DNA from: Alphaproteobacteria bacterium
GTDB taxonomy: Bacteria; Pseudomonadota; Alphaproteobacteria; SP197
Direction: 5' to 3'
Assembly: GCA_965228895.1 (NCBI GenBank)
Contig: OZ245842.1
Location: 3,604,814-3,668,813, forward strand
Length of the DNA: 64,000 bases
Shown: one piece after another, positions 54,712 through 64,000 of the stretch
Layout of the letters: every line of letters begins with the position of its first letter
Numbering within the stretch: position 1 is the stretch's first letter
Notes under the pieces: model-generated
The model's database searches: none
What the model was told of the DNA's origin: nothing
The model's input: the letters and a program-made list of their open reading frames with translations, nothing else
Made by a program: the position numbers and the translations under genes

Positions 54712-55392
54712 TTAGGACGTGTACCAGGCGATGAAGCTCTTTTCGCCTCGCGCGGTGAACTTGACCGTGCGCGAGCCTTTTTCGCGCGTCGCCCAGCCCG
54801 TGTTGACGACATCGACCAACACCGCCGCACCCAGACTGCCGCCCAGGTGATTGCGACGCTCGCTCCAGTCCAGGCAGGACCTGCACAGCGGGCGGCGTTG
54901 GTTCTCCAACGGCGCGACGTCAATGCCGCACTCCAGCAGAAACGCCCTGCCCTTGCGCGTGACATCAAGCGCGTCGCCGCGCCAGCGAAGCACGCGATCG
55001 GAGAGCCACCGATCGAACAGACCGACCGCAAGGTGACCGGCAAGATGGTCGTAACACGAGCGCGCATGGCGCATGGCCTCGTCCTTCGGCCCCGGTCGGG
55101 TGCGCAGATGGCCAACCCGCGACGCGACGGTCGACAACGCTTCGACCGCATGGGCAACATCCGGATCAGCAATGCTGTAGTAGCGATGGCGGCCCTGCTT
55201 GCTGACCGTGATCAATCCCGCCGCCTCCAGTTTCGCCAGATGGCCGCTGCCGGTCGCGGCAGTAATGCCGGCCTCACGCGCCAGCTCGGTCGCGGTCAAC
55301 GACAGGCCCGACATCAGCGCCATAATCATGTTGGCGCGCGCGGGATCACCCATCATCGCGGCGGTGATCGAGATATCCGGCCCGTCCTTCAT
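54712..55392 (-). CDS. ArsR-type HTH transcriptional regulator with C-terminal extension
   Basis: MGDPARANMIMALMSGLSLTATELAREAGITAATGSGHLAKLEAAGLI. Confidence 0.8.
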   Translation of the reverse strand: MKDGPDISITAAMMGDPARANMIMALMSGLSLTATELAREAGITAATGSGHLAKLEAAGLITVSKQGRHRYYSIADPDVAHAVEALSTVASRVGHLRTRPGPKDEAMRHARSCYDHLAGHLAVGLFDRWLSDRVLRWRGDALDVTRKGRAFLLECGIDVAPLENQRRPLCRSCLDWSERRNHLGGSLGAAVLVDVVNTGWATREKGSRTVKFTARGEKSFIAWYTS

Positions 55393-55468
55393 AGTTTGAT
55401 GCTCGCCGAATCATAATCGTCCGTCAAGGTGCTATGTCCTGGTGTCACGAGAACGACGCGGGAAGACC

Positions 55469-56092
55469 ATGGCTCTTCAAACACTGTTGGCTTTTGCCAT
55501 GATCTGGACGGTCGCGATGATTGGTATCGGCGCCAATTCGGTCGTCTGCATGACAGCAGGGGCGGTGAACGGCTTCCAGCGCGGCCTCTGGTCCGCCCTC
55601 GGCGTGACGGCGGCGAGCTTCATTCATTCGATGATCGCCGTGTTTGGCTTCAGCGCCGTTATGCTTGCCAGCGCCGAAGCCTATGCAGCACTCAAGTGGT
55701 GCGCTGTTGCCTATCTCGTCTATCTGGGCATCCGTCAATGGACCAGCGCGCCGGCTGCAGTCGATGACGGCGCGTGGGCCGGCGAGAACCGAACCACCCT
55801 GTTTCGGCGCGGATTGCTGATCTCGCTCACCAATCCCCAGGCCTTCCTGCACTACCTCCTCTTCTTCGCGCCGTTTATCGCCGTCGACCGGCCGTTGATG
55901 CCGCAGTTGTTGACGATCGTCCCGACCGCCGTCGGCATCGTGCTTGGCGGTTACAGCCTTTACGTGCTGCTCGGCTCACCGCTGCGCCGCCTGCTGACAT
56001 CGCCAAGCCGCCAACGCGCGCTCAACCGTGTCGCCGGAACCTTTTACATCGTCTCGGGCGCCCTGCTGATGGTTGTGGGTTCCAGGCGATAG
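55469..56092 (+). CDS. LysE/RhtB-family exporter
   Basis: KWCAVAYLVYLGIRQW and LTNPQAFLHYLLFFAPF. Divergent from the ArsR-type regulator gene. Confidence 0.85.
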   Translation: MALQTLLAFAMIWTVAMIGIGANSVVCMTAGAVNGFQRGLWSALGVTAASFIHSMIAVFGFSAVMLASAEAYAALKWCAVAYLVYLGIRQWTSAPAAVDDGAWAGENRTTLFRRGLLISLTNPQAFLHYLLFFAPFIAVDRPLMPQLLTIVPTAVGIVLGGYSLYVLLGSPLRRLLTSPSRQRALNRVAGTFYIVSGALLMVVGSRR

Positions 56093-56175
56093 AAACCGCA
56101 TGTGACGCAAAGGTCAGACCGCCACAATCTCGGCCGGTTTACGGCGTCTGATCGACTGCTTGGCCGCAGGACCGC

Positions 56176-56637
56176 ATGGGCGCATCACACTACATACGAG
56201 ACATCCGCAGCCGGATCGGCAACGATCTCCTGTTGTGCCCGGCGGTTGCGGCGGTCATCCATGGCGCCAAAGGCCGTGTGCTGCTGCAAGAAAAGCGCGA
56301 TGGTGGCGAATGGAGCCTTCCCGCCGGCGCCATCGAACCGGGAGAGGATCCACAAACCGCCATGCGGCGTGAGGTCCTTGAAGAAACTGGCCTGATCGTC
56401 TGGCCAAAAAAGATCCTTGGCGTCATTGGCGGCGAAAAGTTCCGACATGTCTACGGAAACGGCGATCGCGTTGAGTACACCGTTGTTCTCTTCCAGTGTG
56501 ATGTAACTGATCGCACCGAAGGACCTTACGACCGGGAGACAAAGTCGCTGCGTTACGTCGCCAGGCAGGACATGCCCCGATTGGCACAGCCCTACCCTAT
56601 GGATGTGCTGTTCCTTCGAAACGACAATACCCGGTGA
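56176..56637 (+). CDS. NUDIX hydrolase
   Basis: Nudix box: WSLPAGAIEPGEDPQTAMRREVLEETGL. Confidence 0.85.
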   Translation: MGASHYIRDIRSRIGNDLLLCPAVAAVIHGAKGRVLLQEKRDGGEWSLPAGAIEPGEDPQTAMRREVLEETGLIVWPKKILGVIGGEKFRHVYGNGDRVEYTVVLFQCDVTDRTEGPYDRETKSLRYVARQDMPRLAQPYPMDVLFLRNDNTR

Positions 56638-56745
56638 CCCTTTGCAACTTCACTGGATTACGCATCACGGCAACACGCAATCGCCTTCCGATTATCGAAC
56701 GAGTGGTTTAGGTTCACCGCCGAGTTTGATCGGACGGGGGACAGT

Positions 56746-57495
56746 GTGGAGTTTAACGATAGGGTTGTCGTCGTTACCGGCGCGACATCCGGCATCGGCG
56801 AGGCCACTGCGCGCGCCTTCGCCAAAGCCGGCGCGCGGTTGATGCTGACCGGTCGCAATGTCGAGCGCGGGTGCGCGCTTGCCAGCGAAACACGCGGCGC
56901 GTTCACCGCCGGTGATGTGACCGATCGCGCATTCGCCGACCGCTTGATCGGTGACACCGTGGCGCGCCACGGCCGGCTAGACGTGCTCGTCAACAACGCC
57001 GGCACGATCTATCGGCGCACCATCGCCGACATGACCGACGACGAGTGGCAGACCACCATGGCGGTCAACGTGCATGCCGTCTTCTACCTGTGCCGCGCGG
57101 CAATCATCGCCATGCGCGACCAGGGCGGCGGCGCCATCGTCAATGTCTCGTCCGACGCCGCCTTTATCGGCGCCAGTGCCATGCCCGCCTATTGCGCCAG
57201 CAAGGCTGCGGTCATGCAGATGACGCGCGCCATGGCGCTGGATCACGCGCGCGAGGGTCTGCGTATCAACGCGGTCTGCCCGGACATGGTGAGGACGCCG
57301 ATGCTGGCCAGCGAAGCCCAGCAGATGGGCAGCGACCCCGAGACCTACTTCTCCGAAGGTGCTGAGGGCATTCCCATGGGCCGCATCGGCGAGCCTGAAG
57401 AGGTCGCCGATGCGATCCTCTATCTCGCCTCCGAGAAGGCAAGTTTTGTCACCGGCGCCGGCCTTCTGGTCGACGGCGGCGCGACGGCGACGTAA
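56746..57495 (+). CDS. SDR-family oxidoreductase
   Basis: VVVVTGATSGIGEA, NNAG and SSDAAF...YCASKAA. Confidence 0.9.
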   Translation: MEFNDRVVVVTGATSGIGEATARAFAKAGARLMLTGRNVERGCALASETRGAFTAGDVTDRAFADRLIGDTVARHGRLDVLVNNAGTIYRRTIADMTDDEWQTTMAVNVHAVFYLCRAAIIAMRDQGGGAIVNVSSDAAFIGASAMPAYCASKAAVMQMTRAMALDHAREGLRINAVCPDMVRTPMLASEAQQMGSDPETYFSEGAEGIPMGRIGEPEEVADAILYLASEKASFVTGAGLLVDGGATAT

Positions 57496-57507
57496 GGGGC
57501 GGCGGAC

Positions 57508-58263
57508 ATGTTCAACGGCAAGACAGCCCTGGTCACCGGGGCGACATCGGGTATTGGACGGGCGACGGCGCTGGCCTTCGCCAAGTCGGGTGCCCAGGTG
57601 ATGCTGACCGGACGCAACGAGTCACGCGGGGCGGATGTGTTGTCCGAATGCGGCGACAACGCCGGGTTCCTGGCCGGGGACGTCACGGACTCCTCCTTTG
57701 CCAGCCAGCTCGTCAGCCAGACGGTCGACCGGTTCGGCAGCCTGGATATCCTGGTCAACAATGCCGGCATCGATGTCGGCCTCGACGCGCCGGAGACGAC
57801 GGACGAACAATGGCTCGACGTCATGGCGACCAATCTGGACGCGGTCTTCTACTTCTGCCGTGCCGGCGTGCGCCAGATGCGCCGCCAGGGCACCGGCGGC
57901 GCCATCGTCAACATCGGCTCCGATTGGTCGCTCGTCGCCGGCAAACAGGCCGTCGCCTATTGCGCGTCGAAAGGCGGCGTCTTGATGTTGTCGAAGTCCA
58001 TGGCGCTGGACCACGCGCGCGAGAACATCCGCGTCAACGTCGTCTGCCCGGCAGAAATCGACACGCCGATGATCGACGAGACCGCGAGGGCGCATGGCAA
58101 GGATGTCGCAGAAGCCCGCGCCGCCTATGCCGAGGCCATACCGCTGGGCCGCATTGGCGCACCGGAAGACGTCGCGGCCTCCGTGTTGTTTCTGGCGTCC
58201 GACGCCGCACGTTTTATCACCGGTACCGCACTCAGCGTTGACGGGGGAACCACCGCACGATGA
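57508..58263 (+). CDS. SDR-family oxidoreductase (tandem paralog)
   Basis: ALVTGATSGIGRA, NNAG and YCASKGG. Colinear with the preceding SDR. Confidence 0.9.
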   Translation: MFNGKTALVTGATSGIGRATALAFAKSGAQVMLTGRNESRGADVLSECGDNAGFLAGDVTDSSFASQLVSQTVDRFGSLDILVNNAGIDVGLDAPETTDEQWLDVMATNLDAVFYFCRAGVRQMRRQGTGGAIVNIGSDWSLVAGKQAVAYCASKGGVLMLSKSMALDHARENIRVNVVCPAEIDTPMIDETARAHGKDVAEARAAYAEAIPLGRIGAPEDVAASVLFLASDAARFITGTALSVDGGTTAR

Positions 58264-59237
58264 CACAAACACCGCGAATCCTGCTGCATTGCAGCGCCGA
58301 CTCCGCCGAGCGGATCGGCACGCAGATCGAAGCGCATCTGCCGGGGACCGAAACCACCGTCGTCAACGATTATGACGGTCTGGCGGCCGCCATGGCGTCA
58401 TTCCACCCGAATGTCGTCTACAGCGAGGTCTTCATGCGCGAGGACTATCCGCGCGACGCCTTGTTCAGCCACGACGCGCTCTCATGGGTCCATGTCTCCG
58501 GCGCCGGCATCAACCATCTGGTGCCGTGGGATGCGGGCGCGGTGACGGTCTCCAATGCCGGCGGCGTGCAGGATGACGGCATGGCGCAGTTCGCGTTTGC
58601 CCGCCTGTTCGCCATCAACAGCAACTTCTTCGCCTATCACGAGCAGCAGCAGCGTCACGAGTGGCAAGAGCTCGACAACCTGAACTCGGTCGGCGGCACC
58701 TTGACCGTGGTCGGCCTGGGACGCATCGGTAGTGCCTGCGCCCGGCTGGGCGCACAGCTCGGCATGACCGTCTATGGCGTGCGCGCCAGGCCCGAGCCCA
58801 TGGAGAATGTCGCCGAGGTGGTCGGTCCCGATCGCATGAACGAGGTTCTGGCGAAAAGCGATTACGTGATCGTCGTGACGCCGTTGACCGATGCCACCCG
58901 CGGCCTGATCGGCGCCGACGCCTTTGCCGCGCTCAAGCCCGGCGCCATCCTGCACAACATGGCGCGCGGCCATGTGGTCGACGAAGCCGCCATGGTTGAC
59001 GCACTCAACGCGGGCCGGCTGCGCGCCGCATCCGTCGACGTCTTCTCCGAAGAACCCTTGCCGGCAGAGAGCCCCTTATGGGATCAACCCAACCTTTACA
59101 TGACGCCCCATATCGGCGGTATGCTGACCTACGAGGAATACGACCGCCTCTCGACCCAGGTCTTTCTCGACAATCTCGACCGGTGGCGCGGCGGTGAGCC
59201 CTTAGAGTATGTCTGCAGCCCCGATCGCGGTTACTGA
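58260..59237 (+). CDS. D-isomer-specific 2-hydroxyacid dehydrogenase-family protein
   Basis: TLTVVGLGRIGSACA (NAD GxGxxG), NMARG..VD and TPHIGG. ATGA overlap with the upstream SDR. Confidence 0.85.
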   Translation: MTQTPRILLHCSADSAERIGTQIEAHLPGTETTVVNDYDGLAAAMASFHPNVVYSEVFMREDYPRDALFSHDALSWVHVSGAGINHLVPWDAGAVTVSNAGGVQDDGMAQFAFARLFAINSNFFAYHEQQQRHEWQELDNLNSVGGTLTVVGLGRIGSACARLGAQLGMTVYGVRARPEPMENVAEVVGPDRMNEVLAKSDYVIVVTPLTDATRGLIGADAFAALKPGAILHNMARGHVVDEAAMVDALNAGRLRAASVDVFSEEPLPAESPLWDQPNLYMTPHIGGMLTYEEYDRLSTQVFLDNLDRWRGGEPLEYVCSPDRGY

Positions 59238-59284
59238 CGGCGGCCTGAATCGAAAGCGGCGCAAGACTAGAGGGACTCGGGTCC

Positions 59285-59926
59285 ATGAGCGAACCAGCAG
59301 CCAAGAAACATTCGGCAACGACCATCACGTCCGTCGACAAACTCGAGACGCTCTATGGCGCGCCGGTGCCCCGTTCGCTGATTAAGGAGCTAGATCAGCT
59401 CAACGAGCACTACCGCGCGTTCGTCGAAAAAGCACCCTTCGTGGTGGTCGCCACCAGCGGGCCGGGCGGCCTGGATTGCTCGCCGCGGGGCGATCCCGCG
59501 GGTTTTGTGCGTGTTGTCGACGACAAGACGCTGATGATCCCCGACCGGCGCGGCAACAACCGGCTGGACACCCTGCGCAACCTGGTGATCGACCCGCGTA
59601 TCTCGCTGCTGTTTCTTGTTCCCGGTATCGGTGAGACGCTAAGGATCAACGGCCGCGCCGAAATCGTCGTCGACGACGATCTCAACGAGAGCTTCGCCAT
59701 GCAGGGCAAGGCGCCGCGCAGCGTCATCACAGTCACAATCGACAGCGTCTATTACCAATGCCAGAAGGCTCTGGCCCGCTCCCGCCTTTGGGACCCCGAC
59801 GCACAATTGGCGCGATCAGATCTGCCGACACCCGGCCAAATGAACACCGTCTTCCACGACGGCGACTTCGACGGCGAGGCCTATGACCGGGACTATCCCG
59901 AACACATGAAAAAGACGATCTACTGA
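59285..59926 (+). CDS. Pyridoxamine 5'-phosphate oxidase-family FMN-binding protein
   Basis: FVVVATSGPGGLDCSPRGDPAGFVRV.D..TL.IPDRRGNNR.DTLRN...P.ISLLFLVPG..ETLRINGRA. Confidence 0.8.
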   Translation: MSEPAAKKHSATTITSVDKLETLYGAPVPRSLIKELDQLNEHYRAFVEKAPFVVVATSGPGGLDCSPRGDPAGFVRVVDDKTLMIPDRRGNNRLDTLRNLVIDPRISLLFLVPGIGETLRINGRAEIVVDDDLNESFAMQGKAPRSVITVTIDSVYYQCQKALARSRLWDPDAQLARSDLPTPGQMNTVFHDGDFDGEAYDRDYPEHMKKTIY

Positions 59927-59936
59927 GGTCGCGCCG

Positions 59937-60065
59937 CCTAGGGCGTACCCAGCCTCGTTGGCATCACCGGCCCGCTCCCCCTCCCGGCCACCCATGGCAG
60001 CATCCTCGGGGGGGCCGGGAGGGGGAGCGGGCCGGCACCGTTGCTGCGCAAGCTGGAAAGACCTA
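59937..60065. repeat. REP/MITE-like palindromic repeat, family 2, copy c (flanks oriented as copy a, loop inverted)
   Basis: CCTAGGGCG...GTTGGCATCACCGGCCCGCTCCCCCTCCCGGCCACCC-ATGGCAGCATCCTCG-GGGGGGCCGGGAGGGGGAGCGGGCCGG...GGAAAGACCTA. The downstream gene's TAG stop lies in the right CTA. Confidence 0.7.
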
Positions 60066-60458
60066 AAACGCGGCTTTCCACTGCTCCGTGTCAATGAACC
60101 ACCGTTCTTCAAACACCAGGCCGCCTTTGAGTTTGAACAGTACCGCAAGCTGGCTTCCATCCGGGACCTTTTCGCTCGTCCACTCCATGATGGAGACGAC
60201 TTCGCCGGCATCGCCAATTTGACGGATGGATGTGATGTTGAAACCGGGCGGCAAAACGGCGCCCAGGTTCTCCAGCGCACTTCGGAACGCAGCCGTGCCC
60301 TTCAGCACATCATTCTGACCAGGCATCACAAAGATCATGTCGTCGGTGTAGTCGGCGATCAGCGTATCCCAATCGCCGCGCGCCACCGCTTCCCAACCAC
60401 GTTGTACAATCTCGGCATCACTCGCCATGTCGCCTTCCCCTTTTCTGTTAAGGAGCAA
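60063..60458 (-). CDS. NTF2-like (SnoaL/ketosteroid-isomerase-like) protein
   Basis: 131 aa. DAEIVQRGWEAVARGDWDTLIADYTDDMIFVMPG fits the SnoaL_2 pattern. Confidence 0.75.
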   Translation of the reverse strand: MLLNRKGEGDMASDAEIVQRGWEAVARGDWDTLIADYTDDMIFVMPGQNDVLKGTAAFRSALENLGAVLPPGFNITSIRQIGDAGEVVSIMEWTSEKVPDGSQLAVLFKLKGGLVFEERWFIDTEQWKAAF

Positions 60459-60526
60459 ATGAACGCCGCGTAGATCTGTTGCTCACGCCGCCATTTGCTC
60501 CGGTTACCAATTGGCCAGTTTGGCCT

Positions 60527-60937
60527 TCACTCGACGATGCCGTCACGCTTGAACTTTAGGAAACGTGGCAGCTCATCGGTCACATCGACCCAGGAAAGAC
60601 GCTGCGACCGCCAGATATGAACTTCCGGCGCGCAGGCCTCCGCCTCCTCCAGAATCGCAATTGCAACGAACATTTGCGCGGCATCATCCCGATCCCAGAT
60701 CGTAAGCGTGGTACCGCAGCGACCGCAAAACGTCCTCTCCACGGCCGGACTGGATTCAAAGCGCCGGAGAGTGCCGCCTGTTATGGCAACGGCGTCTCTC
60801 TCAACACCTGCCCAGGCCATCACGGGCGCCCCGCTTGCGCGTCTGCAAGTTTTGCAGTGGCAGAACTCAGCAAGATCCACAGGCGCTGAGATCGCGACCT
60901 CGACCTCACCGCATAAACAACTGCCCCTCATCGTCAT
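60527..60937 (-). CDS. GFA (glutathione-dependent formaldehyde-activating/CENP-V) family protein
   Basis: GSCLCGEV...CHCKTCRRASGAP...FCGRCGT is the zinc-binding Cys pattern. Confidence 0.85.
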   Translation of the reverse strand: MTMRGSCLCGEVEVAISAPVDLAEFCHCKTCRRASGAPVMAWAGVERDAVAITGGTLRRFESSPAVERTFCGRCGTTLTIWDRDDAAQMFVAIAILEEAEACAPEVHIWRSQRLSWVDVTDELPRFLKFKRDGIVE

Positions 60938-61040
60938 GCCGCCCTTCTATGAACCATCGATCCGCCGCCGAAGCTGGACAGCACAACAATAGCCTGTGCT
61001 AAATCGTACAGACACTGGAGAAACCGCAAGGCTGGTTTGC

Positions 61041-61952
61041 ATGTCTGAACAGGCTATCAAATGGGACGATCTTCGTTTTGTTCTGGCCATCAAACGATCA
61101 CGCTCGCTTTCGGGTGCCGGGCGGAGCCTTTCACTGAGCCATGCGACGGTGTTTCGACGCCTAGAGGCACTGGAACGGCGGCTGGGCGTTCAATTGTTTG
61201 AAAGAGGCCGCGACGGCTATAGCCCGACAGTCGCGGGCGAACACCTTTGTGTTGCAGCAGAGCGGGTCGAGACAGAGGTCGCGACAGCGGAACGGCGTGT
61301 TGTCGGTCAGGACCTCAAGCCCGAAGGAACGGTGCGCGTCACGGCGACCGATACGATCTGGTACGCCATCCTCATGCCGCTCTGCCATGGATTCCGGCGA
61401 CAGTTTCCCGACATCAAACTTGAAATTATCGTTTCGGATCACCTTTCCAACCTCTCCAAACGCGAGGCTGATGTCGCACTGCGATCCACACGGCGTCCGC
61501 AGGAGACCATGCACGGCAGAAAACTCGGGAAGATTGTTCAGGCCGTCTATGGTCCGGTCGGGCACCCCGCATCGAACGCGGCCGAGCCCTCTTGGGGCGA
61601 CTACGATTGGGTCGGACCCGATGCAACGCTTCACTACCCACCTCTTGAAAAATGGATGGCCAGGAACTGTCCCGATGAACGCATCAATTGCCGCGTCAAC
61701 ACGCTGTTGGGCATGCGCGAAGCAATGCTGGCCGGCATGGGACTGACGGTCTTGCCTTGTTACTTCTGCGACCCCGATCCGCGGCTGGCGCGCATCGGCG
61801 AGCCGCTTCCCGAACTGGAAACCGAACTCTGGTCCCTCACACACCCCGACCTCAAGTCCGTTTCACGCGTGCGCGCTTTTCTGGATTACGTCGCTGGTGA
61901 GATCGTGGAGAAACGGCACGCGCTGGCAGGCGCGGCAACGTCTACTCGCTGA
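61041..61952 (+). CDS. LysR-family transcriptional regulator
   Basis: WDDLRFVLAIKRSRSLSGAGRSLSLSHATVFRRLEALERRLGVQLFER. ATG at 61041. Confidence 0.9.
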   Translation: MSEQAIKWDDLRFVLAIKRSRSLSGAGRSLSLSHATVFRRLEALERRLGVQLFERGRDGYSPTVAGEHLCVAAERVETEVATAERRVVGQDLKPEGTVRVTATDTIWYAILMPLCHGFRRQFPDIKLEIIVSDHLSNLSKREADVALRSTRRPQETMHGRKLGKIVQAVYGPVGHPASNAAEPSWGDYDWVGPDATLHYPPLEKWMARNCPDERINCRVNTLLGMREAMLAGMGLTVLPCYFCDPDPRLARIGEPLPELETELWSLTHPDLKSVSRVRAFLDYVAGEIVEKRHALAGAATSTR

Positions 61953-61964
61953 ACCGGTTGGCAC

Positions 61965-62705
61965 TCAGGCGCCACTCTCCGCCGAAGCGATCGATTCCAA
62001 CAGATCTGCCGTCGCCTCGGGCGCGATGACCATGGCGTCATGGCCGGTCTTGAGCTCATGGACCGGCCAGCCCCGCTCTTGGGCCCGCGCCAGCGCGCCT
62101 TGCGCGGGGCGATAGACCGGGTCGGTGCAGGTGATGTAATGCGCCGGCAGGCCGTTGCCGGCCGGATGACCCAGGTTGACCGGCGTCGTGAATGTGGCGA
62201 AGGGATGGGGTGTCAATCGTGGCTCCACAAACGCCACATCCTCCGGCTTCGTCACGCCCAGGCTGTCGATCGGGCCGACCGGCAGGCTGACGCCGCCGCT
62301 CGATGTCTCGGCCAGTTTGCGGCGGTCTTCGGCCATGTCTGGCGGCAACAGCGAAAACCAGGTTTCGCCGTCCTCCATGATGGCGGCGTCCAGATAGATC
62401 AGCATGCCAATCCGCTCGGGGACTCGATCGGCCGCACCGGTGACCGAACAACCGGCAAAACTGTGGGGGACCAGCACGACGTCCCGCAGGTCGTTCCAGA
62501 CGAGATGGTTCACCACGTCGTCGATAAAGACATCCATGGTGACGTCACGCGACAGCAGGTGACTGCGCTCGCCAAGTCCCGTCTGGGTCGGCGTCGTGAC
62601 GCGATGGCCGCGCGCGCGCAGGATGTCAGCCACCCGGCTCCAGCACCAGCCGCCGTGCCAAGCACCGTGCACGAGAACGAAGGTGCGTGGTCCGCTCGAA
62701 GCCAT
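61965..62705 (-). CDS. Alpha/beta hydrolase (esterase, SABP2/methylesterase-like)
   Basis: FVLVHGAWHGGWCW and VLVPHSFAG (nucleophile elbow variant). Confidence 0.85.
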   Translation of the reverse strand: MASSGPRTFVLVHGAWHGGWCWSRVADILRARGHRVTTPTQTGLGERSHLLSRDVTMDVFIDDVVNHLVWNDLRDVVLVPHSFAGCSVTGAADRVPERIGMLIYLDAAIMEDGETWFSLLPPDMAEDRRKLAETSSGGVSLPVGPIDSLGVTKPEDVAFVEPRLTPHPFATFTTPVNLGHPAGNGLPAHYITCTDPVYRPAQGALARAQERGWPVHELKTGHDAMVIAPEATADLLESIASAESGA

Positions 62706-62731
62706 TCTTGATCTCCCCTGCCTGTGCGCCG

Positions 62732-63994
62732 CTACACGCGCAAACCGGCCATGGCATTACGCAGGCCCGCCGTCGTCTCGATCAGCTTGCGCGCATAATA
62801 GTACTCCTCGACGACCAGGACGGCCTCACGCGCGGGCACCGAACCGTCCAGGGGCACCGACGTCTGCCACGTCTTGAGCAACTCGTCGACCTGCTGAATG
62901 TCGTGATCACCATCAATGTCGGCGCTTAGCTGGACGCGGACCTGTTCCGCCAACTTGTCTTCAAGGTCCCGGATCTGTTGCGGCAGCGTTAAACCCTGCA
63001 GCGTGCGGACTGTGCTGATATAGAGCGCCGCATAGCCGACGACTGCGTCGGCGTGTGCCTGCAGTTGATAACTGTCCAGGTTGTGATGGCGCATGATGAA
63101 CCGTTCGGAGTTGAGGCCGATCAATTCGCCCGTCAGCGTCTGACTGTCGCCGTTAAGCTGGGACAGACTTACCTTGACGACCTCATCGCCGGCCTTTGCC
63201 GAACCGATGGCGGCATCGGTGTCCGCGAGCAGCTTTGTGACGACCGGGCGCACATGATCCTTGGCGCGAATCGGAAACAACAGCCACGAGGCGAGCAGCG
63301 CCAGGCCGGCGCCCATCGCGGTCTGATAGAGCCGGGCCTCCATGCCCGCGATACCGACACCCTCGATCAGGTGGAGCGCCAAGACGACCATGAAACCGAT
63401 CAGGGCGGCGGTCACCATGTAGTGCCGCTCGATCAGCACGAAGATCGGCAGCGCCGCCAAGCCGATAAGGACGATCTGAACGGCAAGGTTGTCGCCGATC
63501 AAGGGCTGTAGCCCGATCGCGAAAAGCACGCCGACGGCCGTCCCGACGGCGCGCTCGACGGTGCGCTTGATGGTGGCGCCCAGGCTGGCGCTTAAGACGA
63601 TGAAGACCGTCATCGTCGCCCAGTACGCGTGATCCAGTTGGAAGATCAGTCCTATGGCGACGGTTATGCCGGCGGCGACTGCGCCCTGGATGGCGAGCCG
63701 CCAGCCCATCGCCGCACCATCCTTTCCCGGCGAGGACGCGCCGGCGGGCTTCTGGAACGCGTCCTGCCAGGGCTGGCCGAACGCCGCAGCGGTCGCGCGC
63801 ATGTCCTCGGCCGTTGTGATCAAACGCGACAAACCAAGCACCTGCCGGATCCAATGGAAATTGTCGACGCGCGGCAAACCGGTGCCACCGATCAGATCGT
63901 CGCGGGCCGCCCGTGCGTCCCTGGCAAAGGCCCCTGTGCGCTCCGGACCCGGACCCGACGGCGCGTTCAACAAATCGATCGCATCCGCGTACAT
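62732..63994 (-). CDS. FUSC-family (fusaric-acid-resistance/aromatic-acid exporter) membrane protein; N-terminus probably beyond the window edge
   Basis: WRLAIQGAVAAGITVAIGLIFQLDHAYWATMTVFIVL.....GATIKRTVERAVGTAVGVLFA is the FUSC core. The ORF reaches to within 6 nt of the window end. Confidence 0.75.
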   Translation of the reverse strand: MYADAIDLLNAPSGPGPERTGAFARDARAARDDLIGGTGLPRVDNFHWIRQVLGLSRLITTAEDMRATAAAFGQPWQDAFQKPAGASSPGKDGAAMGWRLAIQGAVAAGITVAIGLIFQLDHAYWATMTVFIVLSASLGATIKRTVERAVGTAVGVLFAIGLQPLIGDNLAVQIVLIGLAALPIFVLIERHYMVTAALIGFMVVLALHLIEGVGIAGMEARLYQTAMGAGLALLASWLLFPIRAKDHVRPVVTKLLADTDAAIGSAKAGDEVVKVSLSQLNGDSQTLTGELIGLNSERFIMRHHNLDSYQLQAHADAVVGYAALYISTVRTLQGLTLPQQIRDLEDKLAEQVRVQLSADIDGDHDIQQVDELLKTWQTSVPLDGSVPAREAVLVVEEYYYARKLIETTAGLRNAMAGLRV

Positions 63995-64000
63995 CCGGTC

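Noticed and set aside
42779-60065. The possibility that the repeated palindromes form a CRISPR array.
   Set aside because: The copies are kilobases apart, in different orientations, with no regular repeat-spacer periodicity and no cas genes. They behave as dispersed REP/MITE-like elements.
1-64000. A horizontally acquired island or defence system (restriction-modification, toxin-antitoxin, Abi, CBASS-like and similar).
   Set aside because: No integrase, transposase, phage, nuclease/helicase/ATPase defence-type or toxin-antitoxin gene pairs were recognisable. Composition looks uniform by eye. The class III cyclases here have sensor-TPR or Cache-HAMP architectures typical of housekeeping signalling, not CBASS- or Pycsar-type operons.

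Overview
GC-rich chromosomal segment (well over 60% GC by eye). Alphaproteobacterial hallmarks: ALA synthase hemA, a sigma-32/ROSE-controlled hsp20, metZ, and DinB with an N-terminal Cys4 extension. I call about 65 densely packed protein-coding genes on both strands, many translationally coupled by ATGA/TGATG/TTGA overlaps. Content is mostly accessory and stress metabolism: a split transketolase, an RND efflux pair, MFS and LysE exporters, many SDR, methyltransferase and PNPOx/SnoaL-type enzymes, and TetR/ArsR/LysR regulators. There is a visible methyl-group/osmolyte theme: a DmdA-like aminomethyltransferase, a non-Pyl MttB-family protein, a homocysteine S-methyltransferase, a choline-dehydrogenase-like GMC oxidoreductase and metZ. 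There are three class III nucleotidyl cyclases, one of them decayed. I found no rRNA, tRNA, CRISPR array, transposase, integrase, phage gene or recognisable defence system. I cannot point to one clear novel multi-gene system. The best second-look candidates are: (1) two families of CTAG-bounded palindromic MITE/REP-like repeats, one showing a flip/flop loop inversion; (2) a translationally coupled pair of a signal-peptide-bearing PIMT and an 808-aa TM / SpeE-like / TM protein; (3) a TetR-controlled cassette with two matching palindromic operators and an unrecognisable 138-aa protein; (4) structured leaders upstream of two methionine-cycle genes; (5) tandem GNAT-TPR fusion paralogs; (6) frameshifted genes whose lesions sit at or next to short G/C runs, so either decay or assembly error. 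All functional calls come from reading the translated ORFs and recalling family motifs. No database search was run.
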